From Octopus sinensis (Eukaryota): a DNA stretch of 64,000 nt. Where the stretch lies: NCBI RefSeq assembly GCF_006345805.1, contig NC_043014.1:8432001-8496000 (forward strand). The letters run 5' to 3'. Made by a program: the position numbers and the translations under genes. Below the pieces are notes generated by a model. The model did not search any database and was not told where the DNA came from. It saw only the letters and a program-made list of their open reading frames with translations. Position 1 is the stretch's first letter. Each line of letters starts with the position of its first letter. Below, piece after piece: positions 13,595 to 25,171 of the stretch.

Positions 13595-14289
13595 GTGTGA
13601 TAAATAGCTTGCTTACCAACCACATGGTTCCAGGTTCAGTCCTACTGTGTGGCACCATAGGCAACTGTCTTCTACTATAGTCTTGGGCTGACCAAAGCTT
13701 TGTGAGTACATTTGTTAGACAGAAACTGAAAGAAGCCTGTCATATAATATTTATATATATATATATATATATAAACGAACAACTTGAGAAAAAATGCATA
13801 TACTGAGGATGTATCAGAAAAATGTAGGATTCTGTGGAACTTGAAATGAGACAGTTGCTCACATTGTTGCAGAATGTCTCAAGTTGTTATACGAGGAGTC
13901 TAAGAAATGGAGACATGACCAATTTGTAAAAGTTTTACTCTGGAAGCTTTGCTAGAAATGGGGATTTGAAACAGGAGACACATGGTATGAACATCAGGCT
14001 GAAAGAGTGCTGGAGTTGGAGAATTGTAAGATTTTGTATATATGTATATGTATATATATATTATATGTATGTGTGTGTTTGCGTGTCTGTGTTTGTCCCC
14101 CTAGCATTGCTTGACAACCGATGCTGGTGTGTTTACGTCCCCGTCACTTAGCGGTTCGGCAAAAGAGGCCGATAGAATAAGTACTGGGCTTTCAAAAGAA
14201 TAAGTCCCGGGGTCGATTTGCTCGACTAAAGGTGGTGCTCCAGCATGGCCGCAGTCAAGTGACTGAAACAAGTAAAAGAGTAAAGAGAA
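13595..14289 (+). mobile_element. SINE family A split by an R4-type LINE fragment
   Basis: A head 13595-13745 and A tail ~14060-14289. The middle translates, with frameshifts, to KCR..ETVAHIVAEC..RHDQ..LWKLC..WYEHQAERVLE (zinc knuckle + RHD). Confidence 0.7.
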
Positions 14290-14718
14290 TCCTTTCTACT
14301 GTAGGACTGAAATTTTGGGGTCGGAGGTTTGTTGATTATGTCAGTATCAGTGATTAACAAGTGCTAATTTCACTGATTCTGAAAGAAGGAAAGATAAAGG
14401 TTGACCTTGGCAAACTTTGAACTCAGAGTGTAAAGTCGGATGAAATACTGCAAAGCATTCTGTCCAGTATCAGGTGAAATGTTTGCAAACTGTTTTCTCT
14501 GGTGTGCTAAGTGCTAATGATTCTGTCAGCTTACCACCTCAGTATTAATGATGGTGATGATGATGATGATTGATGGTTTCTAATTTAGGCACAAAGCCAC
14601 TAATTAGAGAGAAAGGGCTTTGTCAGGATGCAAAAGTAAAACCAACCATTGTGAAATTTGAATTGAGAACGTAAATAGCAGAAACAAATATCACAAGGCA
14701 TTTTAACAAACACTTTAA

Positions 14719-15074
14719 CCCTTTCATTACCAACCTGGCTGAAACCAGCTCTGGCTTTTAGTACAAATGTCTTGTTTTCAAAAGTTCTGAATTAAAATCT
14801 TCCATCAAATCTTAGTCACAATTTATGTTCCTAACACTAGCTTAATGATAACTAAGTTATTTTACTAAGTTCTTTGTTATAGGACATCCAGCCGTAGAAA
14901 CACTGCCAGATCAGACTGGGCCTGATGCAGCCTTCTGGCTTCACAGACCCCAGTTGAACCGTCCAACCCATGCTAGCATCGAAAGCGGACGCTAAATGAT
15001 GATGATGATGATGATGATTTAAAGTAATTGAAAGAAGCACACGGCATCTCAAAATAATTACAGTAATGAAAGGG
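14719..15074. mobile_element. piggyBac-type MITE (TTAA|CCCTTTCATTAC...GTAATGAAAGGG|TTAA) with a family C insertion at 14882-15018
   Basis: Perfect 12-bp TIRs starting CCC and TTAA on both sides. Confidence 0.75.
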
Positions 15075-15344
15075 TTAAAGATTCGGCTAATCCAACCCCA
15101 TTATAAGGAAAATTATAACGATGACACCAAACATTAATCGAAGGTCATAAACATTAGGTAAAGAATATAATCATGCAGATCAACACAAATATTTGGCTGG
15201 TATTGATTTTATTAACACAAATGATGAACGTCAACATTCGACATCTGGTCACATTTAAATTCAGCATAAAATGATATGAATACTGCAGGTCATTTTATCG
15301 TATACTTTACTGATTCTGCAGATATTTTGGTGGAGCATAGATGA

Positions 15345-15490
15345 GGCAGTGAGCTGGCAGAACCATTACTGTGCAGGGCAAAATGCTTAGCAGCATTTCG
15401 TTTGTAATTACATTCTGAGTTCAAACTCCACCAAGGTTGACTTTGCCTTTCATCCTTTCAGGGTTGATAAAATAAGTACCAGTTGAGCTC
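15345..15490 (+). mobile_element. SINE family B monomer, degenerate
   Basis: GGCAGTGAGCTGGCAGAA...CTGAGTTCAAACTCC...AAGTACCAGTTGAG. Confidence 0.7.
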
Positions 15491-16026
15491 TGGGACCTTG
15501 GCTAAAATTTAAAACCAATCTATGATGGAGCATAGGTGACAGCAGTTTTTTTAAGGCCATAGTACCTGCCTGATTCTCCTGTTCATCAATAATGATTTTT
15601 AACCAAAGGGCATAATCATGTATTAGGATAAGTTGTACATGCGTATATTGGACCCTAAACCTTGTCTTCTGTGTATTTTATTTACTATAAAAAGAAATAA
15701 AGGACTAAGTCAATCATAGCATATATAACAAATATCTATAGCGTATACATATATATGATGTACATATCCATAATGTGTGTGTGTATATATATATATAGTT
15801 ATATTTTTCTTGTGAAACACATAGACTGCACAGAAGTGTTCAAGTCGAACCTGAGACATTAGACTAGTGTAATAAATAAAATGGAAAAAGTTCAAGTCAG
15901 GCAAACTACAATGAACACATGTACGGATTTAATTAAGATAAAAATTGTCCAAAATAAAACATATATATATATATATATATATGTATATATGTTAATATAT
16001 AAATATATAAATATTAGAAATATATA

Positions 16027-16404
16027 GGCGCAGGAGTGGCTGTGTGGTAAGTAGCTTGCTAACCAACCACATGGTTCCGGGTTCAGTCCCACTGCGTGGC
16101 ATCTTGGGCAAGTGTCTTCTGCTATAGCCCCGGGCCGACCAATGCCTTGTGAGTGGATTTGGTAGACGGAAACTGAAAGAAGCCTGTCGTATATATGTAT
16201 GTATATATGTGTGTGTGTGTTTGTGTTTGTCCCCCTAGCATTGCTTGACAACCGATGCTGGTGTGTTTACGTCCCCGTCACTTAGCGGTTCAGCGAAAGA
16301 GACCAATAGAATAAGTCCCGGGGTCGATTTGCTCGACTAAAGGCGGTGCTCCAGCATGGCCGCAGTCAAATGACTGAAACAAGTAAAAAAGTAAAAAGAG
16401 AGTA
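16027..16404 (+). mobile_element. SINE family A, full length (tRNA-derived head, internal TA/TG microsatellite, (TAAAAGAG)n tail)
   Basis: GGCGCAGGAGTGGCTGTGTGGTAAG A-box region and GGTTCAGTCCC B-box-like motif; ~16 similar copies in the window. Confidence 0.9.
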
Positions 16405-16992
16405 ATATGTAAGCACTAATAATATCATGGAGTATAGGATTATAGATAAAGACGTTTTTAAAAAAAGCAATTGAAAATATAGTGAAGAGAAAATATAATA
16501 ATAGGCATCAGAAAAAGTTTGGGCTTACATATTAAAAGAAAATATTCCTACAGCCATTTCTGGGGTTTATTTGTCCGAGTAAAAAAATTAATCTTAAGAT
16601 TCATTTTCAGAGAACGTCTCCTTCATCAGGGAAAAAAGTGATATTTACGATAGAAATGCATTCAGTTTGTTGCCAAGGTATGAGATAATTGGAAATTTTT
16701 ATAGAAGAATAGATATTGTTATGCAAATAATCGATGTCTTTATGAAGGCTGATGGGAGGAGTAACAGTTACATTATTTACTGTCTTTAAAAAATTTATAT
16801 TTATATTTGCAATATACTGTTATAGGCAATCAGATGTTAAGCCATGCAGTATAAATTACTAAGGCTATTGTTAAGTGCATTCAGATTTAAAGAGTCTCAT
16901 GAAAGATGGGTAGTATCTGTGGCTACATGAATGAATTGTGTCAGAATTTTAAGGTTAATTTTTTACTCGGACGAATGAACCCCAGAAGGAAT

Positions 16993-17358
16993 CATCATCA
17001 TCATCATCATCATCATCATTTAGCGTCCACTTTCCATGCTAGCATGGGTTGGACGGTTCAACTGGGGTCTGTGAAGCCAGAAGGCTGCATGAGGCCCAGT
17101 CTGATCTGGCAGTGTTTCTACGGCTGGATGCCCTTCCTAACGCCAACCACTCTGTGAGTGTAGTGGGTGCTTTTTACGTGCCACCCGTACAGGTGCCAGG
17201 CGGAGCTGGCAAATGGCCACGGCCGGATGGTGCTTTTTATGTGCCACCGGCACGGGGCCCAGGCAAGGCTGGCAACGGCCACAATCGGATGGTGCTTTTT
17301 ACATGCCACCGGCACGGGGGCCAGGCGACGCTGGCAACAGCCACGAACAGATGGTGCT
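16993..17358 (-). mobile_element. Family C retroposon with 11-bp TSD
   Basis: CCAGAAGGAAT at 16982-16992 and 17359-17369. Confidence 0.9.
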
Positions 17359-17659
17359 CCAGAAGGAATATTTTCTTTTAATATGTAACGCAAAGCTTTT
17401 TTTGATAGCGATTTTTATATTTTCAATTCTTTTGTTAAAAAACGTTTTTATCTATACTCCTATACTTCATTATATTATTACTATGTTTCTATATTTCTAT
17501 ATTTATATGTCCATATATATTTCTAATATTCATATATTTTTATATTTTTAATTTATCAATATATGTTTTATTTTGGACAATTTTTATCTTAATTAAATCC
17601 GTACATGTGTTCATTGTAGTTTGCCTGAATTGAGCTTTTTCCATTTCGTTTATTATATA

Positions 17660-17691
<32 letters not shown>

Positions 17692-17771
17692 AAAATTGAA
17701 TTAGGGTAGAAATTGATATTAATCAATTAAAACCAGTGGCCTAGCATATTAAAAAAAATCCGAAGATTAAA

Positions 17772-17973
17772 ATATTTTTTACATACAAAATTTAAAGGAC
17801 TGACCACTAAAAGTGGACAGTCAATATGCTAGATATAGACGTCAAAATCGCTATTTTCCACATAGAATGTGAATACATTCTTCGTGGAAAATAGCAATTT
17901 TGACATCTATATCTAGCCTATTGACTGTCCACTTTTAGTGGTCAGTCCTTTAAATTTTGTATGTAAAAAATAT
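17772..17973. repeat. Near-perfect palindrome, 99-bp arms with 4-nt loop (MITE-like)
   Basis: Arms are reverse complements with ~5 mismatches; loop GAAT. Confidence 0.9.
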
Positions 17974-18166
17974 ATATATACATACATACACACACAAACA
18001 CACACACACACATTATTATTGTTATAAGTGGTATTCCCCGACCCAATTCTTGCTTTCAGTTCAAGATCCTTGTCTTGATATTTTTTATGTACCTCTTTGC
18101 ATGAGATGTCTTGGTAGAAAAGCAGTGAAATTTCCAATGAAAGAAATTGGTTATCTTTGTCTTTAA

Positions 18167-18387
18167 CCCTTTAGTGTTCAGAATACTCTGTTAAATATAA
18201 TACTTTTTCACTCAAATTGTTTTGAATTAATCATGCATTATCTTATAGCTTTGAGGTTTCAATGATGTGATTGTTTATTTTTAGAATGGCATTGTAGGGT
18301 AGGTGTGAGAAGCTAGATATCGCCTGTTTGAATATAAAACATGTAGAATATATTGGGCTGGATTTGGCCGGTTTAAACACTAAAGGG
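18167..18387. mobile_element. piggyBac-type MITE (TTAA|CCCTTTAGTGTT...AACACTAAAGGG|TTAA)
   Basis: 12-bp perfect TIRs and TTAA TSD; related copies elsewhere in the window. Confidence 0.8.
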
Positions 18388-18785
18388 TTAATTATAATAT
18401 TTGGTTAGTATTCTTTTATTTCTTTTTTAGTGAGAAGTGACATTCACTAGATTATTAGTTCTTTCATTACTATGTACTGAATGGGTAAATGGTAGAGCAA
18501 TGATTTTGTGTGTATTTACACTATTTATTAATTTTTTTGGTGTTAGTATAACAAAAATAATGAAGCATAAAAAAAATGTTCTATGGTATTCATTTCTGAC
18601 CCTTTGTATTCAAATTTTAGATCCTGTTGAAATTTATTTTGCTTGTCAACCTTTCAATATCATTGAAACTATATATATACTCGTCATATGCTGGGGTATA
18701 AACCAATCTGTCCTAACCATGTTAGCATGAATGTAAAATGATTATTATTATTATCATTTTATAAAAATTTATAATTTAGTATTAT

Positions 18786-19094
18786 CACCGTGATCACCGT
18801 GACCGACCAGGCTATCAGATATTGTTACACATCGCTGGTCACAATGCGCTTGGCATTGGTTTAGCCTTCAAATGACGCCACCCCGCTGGCTAAGCGAGCA
18901 GGCCAACAGAAGAAAGAGTGAGAGAAAGTTGTGGCGAAAGAGTACAGCAGGGATCGCCACCAACCCCTGCCGGAGCCTCGTGGAGCTTTAGGTGTTTTCA
19001 CTCAATAAACACTCACAACGCCCGGTCTGGGAATCGAAACCGCGATCCCATGACCACGAGTCCGCTGCCCTAACCACTAGGTCATTGCGCCTCC
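18786..19094 (-). mobile_element. tRNA-headed SINE (family D1) with RTE-like tail, 10-bp TSD
   Basis: Minus-strand head GTGGTTAGGGCAGCGGACTC...GGTTTCGATTCCC; TSD TTAGTATTAT at 18776-18785 and 19095-19104. Confidence 0.85.
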
Positions 19095-20690
19095 TTAGTA
19101 TTATAAGATTTATCATTATGTGAGAAATCCATATTATTTCTTCCCTTAGGTTTATTTTTCCCCATTTTCATCTGTCATATACATAACACTGTTAGTCAGA
19201 AATGCTAATAGCTTATTATGCTACTTTAGTATCCATTTCATTGATTTTCTCTTTTCCTATGTGTGATACACACAATGCACTATTCATGCATGACATAATA
19301 GACTGGGAAAAACCTCTTGGCCAATCTCATTTCCATTTGATTTCCTCCAGGATTTATCAGCTAGAGTCCAATTGTACTATACATCCATGTATCAATAACA
19401 TTATTTCACTTCCACTGACCACATCTGCTATCTCTCATGCTTCCATTCTCAACAGCATTCCATCATGTATTAGCACTAACAGTGTCCGATTATATGTAGA
19501 TAGTATAATCCTTCATTCACCGTTTTTCTTTTATATCATATCTTACCTATTCCTCATTATGTAAATTACAAAAGCTTACTACAGAGATATTTTAACACTT
19601 AGAATGAGTAGCACTTTAATAAGTAAAAGCTAGCTAGAAGTGATCGTTGCTATGGAAAATATTTTATGTTGATGTGATGGAAATTTCCTTAGAGAACAAT
19701 TGTTAATGTTATAAAATGGGTTATTTCTTTCATAGCACACAAACAGAGTTATATAGGGAAAGGGTGCAGTTCATATCATTGGCCCAGTATATAACTGGTA
19801 TTTTGCTTTCACCTAATCACCAGAATGCTGTTTGTTGTACTTAACATCAAACAGAATTTGTATGTTACAGAGATGTACTTGCATAGCAAGTGATTTGATC
19901 TGAGATCGTGTGCTGAAACGAAAACAATTGCAGCGTGGAAGGTGTTTGTAAGCCATTTAAGAAACACACAAAAACTGTTCGATTCACTTCAACATTTGAG
20001 TTTAATCTGTCAAAATATTTTCGTCGCTATAAGACCGCGACCTGTTCACTAACAAAAATCCATGCTAACAACAATTGTCATTAGTGGGAGAGGTTACTAG
20101 GGTTAAATGAAGAAATAGCAGTCAGGAGAATGAGGCTGGCTGGTCACTACCAGAAAAGTAGGAGCTCTTAGCTAGCTAGTGCTATGAAGCCCACGGCTAC
20201 ATGAGCATCAAAGGAATGGATATCCTTACCAACATATCTGAATGTACTAAGGACGATATAGAAATGGAAACTTGATGCAAGCCATTTAGATATAAAGAGT
20301 CCTGAAATGGCTGGAGGGACCAAAAGACTACTTATCTGATAATAATCTAAATAACAACACTAATAGTTATGATTCTTTTTAATTTTGGCACAAGACTAGC
20401 AATTTAATGGGGAGGAGGAACTTTGGTTACGTTGCTCCCGGTGCTTGACTAATACTTATTTTATCAACTCCTAAAGAGTGAAAGGTGATGTCAACCTTGG
20501 CAGGATTTGAACTCAGAACATAAAGAGCTGGAAAAATGCCACTAAGCACTTTGTCTGATGCGCCAGTGATTCTGCCGGTTAACCGATTATTATTATCATT
20601 AGTTATCTAATTCACTATCTCAACCATATTCAATACTATTACATAAATTGTCTCCTAACTTCCAAGGGAATCTTAAAAGCCAGTGCCTAA

Positions 20691-21087
20691 CTCTTTACTC
20701 TTTTACTTGTTTCAGTCATTTGACTGCGGCCATGCTGGAGCACCGCCTTTAATTGAGCAACTCGACCCCGGGACTTATTCTTTGTAAGCCCAGTACTTAT
20801 TCTATCAGTCTCTTTTGCTGAACCACTAAGTGACGGGGACATAAACACACCAGCATCGGTTCTCAAGCGACACACAAACATATACGCACACATACATATA
20901 TATATATATATATATACATATATACGACGGGCTTCTTTCAGTTTCCATCTACCAAATCCACTCACAAGGCTTTGGTCGGCCCGAGGCTACAGTAGAAGAC
21001 ACTTGCCCAAGGTGCCACGCAGTGGGACTGAACCCGGAACCATGTGGTTGGTAAACAAGCTACTTACCACACAGCCACTCCTGTGCC
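20691..21087 (-). mobile_element. SINE family A, full length
   Basis: Reverse complement of 16027-16404. Confidence 0.9.
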
Positions 21088-21392
21088 TACTGATCTTTAT
21101 ACTATGAAATAGATGAGAACTAAATCTTCTCCTGGACAGAACAGTGGTACAGCACAGATAACATTCCCTGATAGTCTGGCACGGATTTTCAGAAGTTAGA
21201 TGATCTGGAGCAAGATGGGATCAACTGTTCTGTGTACAATCAGTAGAATACCTGTGGGGAATTTGAACTTATGATCTATGTCTTTATGTTGACCTTAAAA
21301 TGAGTGTAGATTTCACAGTCTGATTGTGTTCAACTGTATTTTCAACTTTGTCAGCTAGATATTTGAGTTAAAATCTGGTTGTCACTCTCTCT

Positions 21393-21733
21393 CTCTTTTA
21401 CTCTTTTACTTGTTTCAGTCATTTGACTGCGGCCATGCTGGAGCACCGCCTTTAATCGAGCAACTCGACCCCGGGACTTATTCTTTTGTAAGCCTAGTAC
21501 TTATTCTATCGGTCTCTTTTGCCGATCCGCTAAGTGACGGGGATATAAACACACCAGCATCGATTCTCAAGCAATGGGACAAACACAGACACACAAACAT
21601 ACACTCACACACATATATATATATATACATATATACGACGGGCTTCTTTCAGTTTCCATCTACCAAATCCACTCACAAGGCTTTGGTCGGCCCGAGGCTA
21701 TAGTAGAAGACACTTGCCCAAGGTGCCACGCAG
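21393..21733 (-). mobile_element. SINE family A, 5'-truncated
   Basis: Matches the family A consensus up to GTGCCACGCAG. Confidence 0.85.
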
Positions 21734-22060
21734 TTCACTTCTTCACACAAAATTGTAACATTCTGCAGCAACCAAACTCTCTCTCTCTATGCAGTTGTTT
21801 AAAAGAAATAACAAGGAAATTGTTCTCATCACTGCATATAAGTATCTAAATTCTTTTAATACCAACCCACCTGAGATTACTTCCAATTCTGTGTCACAAA
21901 CTTCCTGTCTAAACCTTTAGCATTCATCTTACTCTGTCAATTATAATGCTTATTTATTCACATTGTTTTGAATCAATTGTGTATTATCTTGTAGATTCAA
22001 GATTTCAATTGCTTAATTTTAGAATGACATTGTAGGTTAGGTGTAAGAAGCCAGATATAG

Positions 22061-22437
22061 CCAATTTAAATGCTAAAGTGTCAGATATAACCAATTTAAA
22101 TGCTAAAGTGTCAGATATAGCCAGTTTAAACGCTAAAGTGTCAGATATAGCCAGTTTAAATGCTAAAGTGTCAGATATAGCCAGTTTAAATGCTAAAGTG
22201 TCAGATATAACCAATTTAAATGCTAAAGTGTCAGATATAGCCAGTTTAAATGCTAAAGTGTCAGATATAACCAATTTAAATGCTAAAGTGTCAGATATAG
22301 CCAGTTTAAATGCTAAAGTGTCAGATATAGCCAGTTTAAATGCTAAAGTGTCAGATATAGCCAGTTTAAATGCTAAAGTGTCAGATATAGCCAGTTTAAA
22401 TGCTAAAGTGTCAGATATAGCCAGTTTAAATGCTAAA
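22061..22437. repeat. 30-bp minisatellite (CAGATATAGCCAGTTTAAATGCTAAAGTGT) x ~12.5
   Basis: Direct tandem units in two variants; source of the SDIASLNAKV ORF. Confidence 0.95.
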
Positions 22438-22524
22438 ATGATCTAAATTAAAACTAGCAATCAAAATATGTTAATTTGTTTCAAACATCAGTTTAATGAC
22501 AAATTTATTTTACTAAATTTTTCA

Positions 22525-22787
22525 TTATCATCATCATCATCATTTAGCGCCGCTTTCCATGCTGGCATGGGTTGGATGGTGCAACTGGGGTCTGGGAAGC
22601 CAGAAGGCTGCACCAGGCTCCAATCTGATCTGGCAATGTTTCTACGGCTGGATGCCCTTCCTAACGCCAACCACTCCATGAGTGTAGTGGGTGCTTTTTA
22701 TGTGCCACCAGCACAGGTGCCAGACGAGGCTGGCAAATGGCCATGATCAGATGGTGCATTTTACGTGCCACCCGCACGGAAGCCAAA
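22525..22787 (-). mobile_element. Family C retroposon
   Basis: (CAT)n tail and conserved body. Confidence 0.85.
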
Positions 22788-23245
22788 ATTATTTTCATTG
22801 CCATATTTCAACAGAAATATAGTAATATAAGAGTTTATAAAGATAGAATATATTAGATAATGTAGTTCTTGACATAATTTATGGTCCCTTGACAAAAAAG
22901 AAAAAAAAAGAAAAGTAAAAATGGATGTTGACAGTTGGAAAGTCTTTGATACTAGGTTTGCTTTATGAGATATAATCTAGAGCTAAACTACAAACTTTTG
23001 TGTCCTTCCGTGCAGAACTTGCCAATATTAAAATATAAATATTACGTATCTCTTAAAAGAATTGCATTATGCAACTTTTGCTGTAGTTGAAAATACCTGC
23101 TGGCAGTGTAATGAAAACCAGAACTCATAATTGCAAAACAAACTTCTTATATATGTCTGTATAACATACATATATATGATACGTATGACTATATGTTCAT
23201 ATGTATATATGATGTACTTATATATATATAATATGTTTGAATATA

Positions 23246-23959
23246 GGCGTAGAAGTGGCTGTGTGGTAAGTAGCTTGCTTAACAACCGCATGGTTCCGGG
23301 TTCAGTCCCACTGTGTGGCACCTTGGGCAATTTTCTTCTACTATAGCTTCAGTCCGACCAAAGCCTTGTGAGTGGATTTGGTAAAAAAGCCTGTCATATA
23401 TGTGTGTATATATATATATATATATAGCGCCGCCTCGCTGGCTTCTGTGCCGGTGGCACATAAAAAGCACCATCCGAATGTGGCTGATGCCAGCGCCGCC
23501 TCGACTGGCTTCTGTGCCGGTGGCACATAAAAAGCACCATCCAAACGTGGCCGATGCCAGCGCCACCTAGCACCTGTGCCGGTGGCACGTAAAAAGCACC
23601 CACTACACTCGCGGAGTGGTTGGCGTTAGGAAGGGCATCCAGCTATAGAAACATTGCCAGATCAGACTGGGCCTGGTGCAGCCCCAGGCGAACCGTCCAA
23701 CCCGTGCTAGTGTGGAAAACGGACGTTAAACGATGATGATGATATATATTTATATATATATATGTATTTGTGTGTGTGTCTGTGTTTATCCCCCCAACAT
23801 CGCTTGACAACTGATGCTGGTGTGTTTACGTCCCCCGTAACTTAAGCGGTTTGGCAAAAAGTGATGGATTGAATAAGTACTAGGCTTACAAAGAATAAGT
23901 CCTGCGGTTGATTTGCTCAGCATGGCCGCAGTCAAATGACTGAAACAAGTAAAAGAGTA
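23246..23959 (+). mobile_element. SINE family A with family C (23426-23743, +) nested in its internal microsatellite
   Basis: Order: A head, (TA)n, C element with GATGATGAT tail, (TA)n, A tail. Confidence 0.85.
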
Positions 23960-23971
23960 TATGTGTACATG

Positions 23972-24305
23972 TACGAGGGAGAGTCAAAAATTATATTACA
24001 CAAAAGGGATAAACAAGTACATCGTTTTTCTTTGTAGTCTCCTTCCTTTTCGATGCACTTGGTCCAACGGTCCACAAGTTTCCGGTTGGTCCTGCAACCA
24101 TTTATGCACCACTTCTCGCACATCGTCATCCATAGAAAATTGATGACCTTGTAAACCATCTTCGAGTAGCCCAAAGATATGATAGTTGGCAGGGGCAAGA
24201 TCTGGGCTGTAGGCACCCAAAAACCCAATTGGTTAATTGTTTCAATGCTCTGGGTAGCCATATGTGGGTGTGCATTGTCATGCAGCAACAAAACTTTCTT
24301 CAACA
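23972..24305 (-). mobile_element. Tc1/mariner transposase 3' relic
   Basis: Minus-strand LLLHDNAHPH and YSPDLAPANYHIF motifs; TA|CGAGGG terminus at 23972. Confidence 0.85.
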
Positions 24306-24308
24306 ATA

Positions 24309-24734
24309 GGCGCAGGAGTGGCTGTGTGGTAAGTAGCTTGCTAACCAACCACATGGTTCCGGGTTCAGTCCCACTGCGTGGCATCTTGGGCAGGTGTCTT
24401 CTGCTATAGACTCGGGCCGACCAATGCCTCGTGAGTGGATTTGGTAGACGGAAACTGAAAGAAGCCTGTCGTATGTATGTATATATATATATGTATGTGT
24501 GTGTATATGTTTGTGTGTCTGTGTTTGTCCCCCTAGCATTGCTTGACAACCGATGCTGGTGTGTTTACGTCCCCGTCACTTAGCACGGGTTGGACGGTTC
24601 GACCGGGGATCTGGGGAGCCAGGAGGCTGCACAAGGCTCCAGTCTGATCTGGCAGTGTTTCTACAGCTGGATGCCCTTCCTAATGCCAACCACTCCATGA
24701 GTGTAGTGGGTGCTTTTTATGTGCCACCTGCACA
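24309..24734 (+). mobile_element. SINE family A truncated and fused to an antisense family C body at ~24583
   Basis: ...CCCCGTCACTTAGC|ACGGGTTGGACGG... junction. Confidence 0.8.
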
Positions 24735-25171
24735 GTAATATATATATATATATATATATCCCTCTCTCTCTTTCGGAGAGGCACTGAGCAGCGATACGCA
24801 CACATACACACACGGCAGGCAGTAACTTCCGCCTACCGAATTCAATCACAAAGCTTCGGTCGACTCAGGGCTATAGGAGAAGACACCTGCCGAAAGTGCC
24901 ACGCAGTGGGACTGAACCCGAAACCATATATATATAAGTAAATAGAAAAATTATTCTAAATCTCTCAATGAAAGACATTCAATAATAGTACTCTAAAGTA
25001 AAGATATTATGTTGGCAAATAATTTTCACTACACACACACACACATACATGTGTGCGTATGTGTATGCATATATATGTATTTAAAGGTTAGTAGAGTTAG
25101 ATGTTGGAATAACCATCTAATGGATAAAAGCATCCGTTATACTACCGGTATAATTACCTATGTAATTACAA

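Larger units (their letters stand above)
15871..17654. mobile_element. Foldback (long inverted repeat) element, each arm interrupted by a different retroposon
   Basis: 15871-16602 matches the reverse complement of 16944-17654 once SINE A (16027-16404) and family C (16993-17358) are removed. Confidence 0.75.

Noticed and set aside
20016-20052. Minus-strand GTCGC-loop-GCGAC-GAAA resembling hammerhead stem II
   Set aside because: The upstream sequence GTGAACAG does not match the required CUGANGA box.
22078-22446. Coiled-coil-like (SDIASLNAKV)n protein
   Set aside because: It is a 30-bp minisatellite derived from a MITE end, intronic, with no splice signals.
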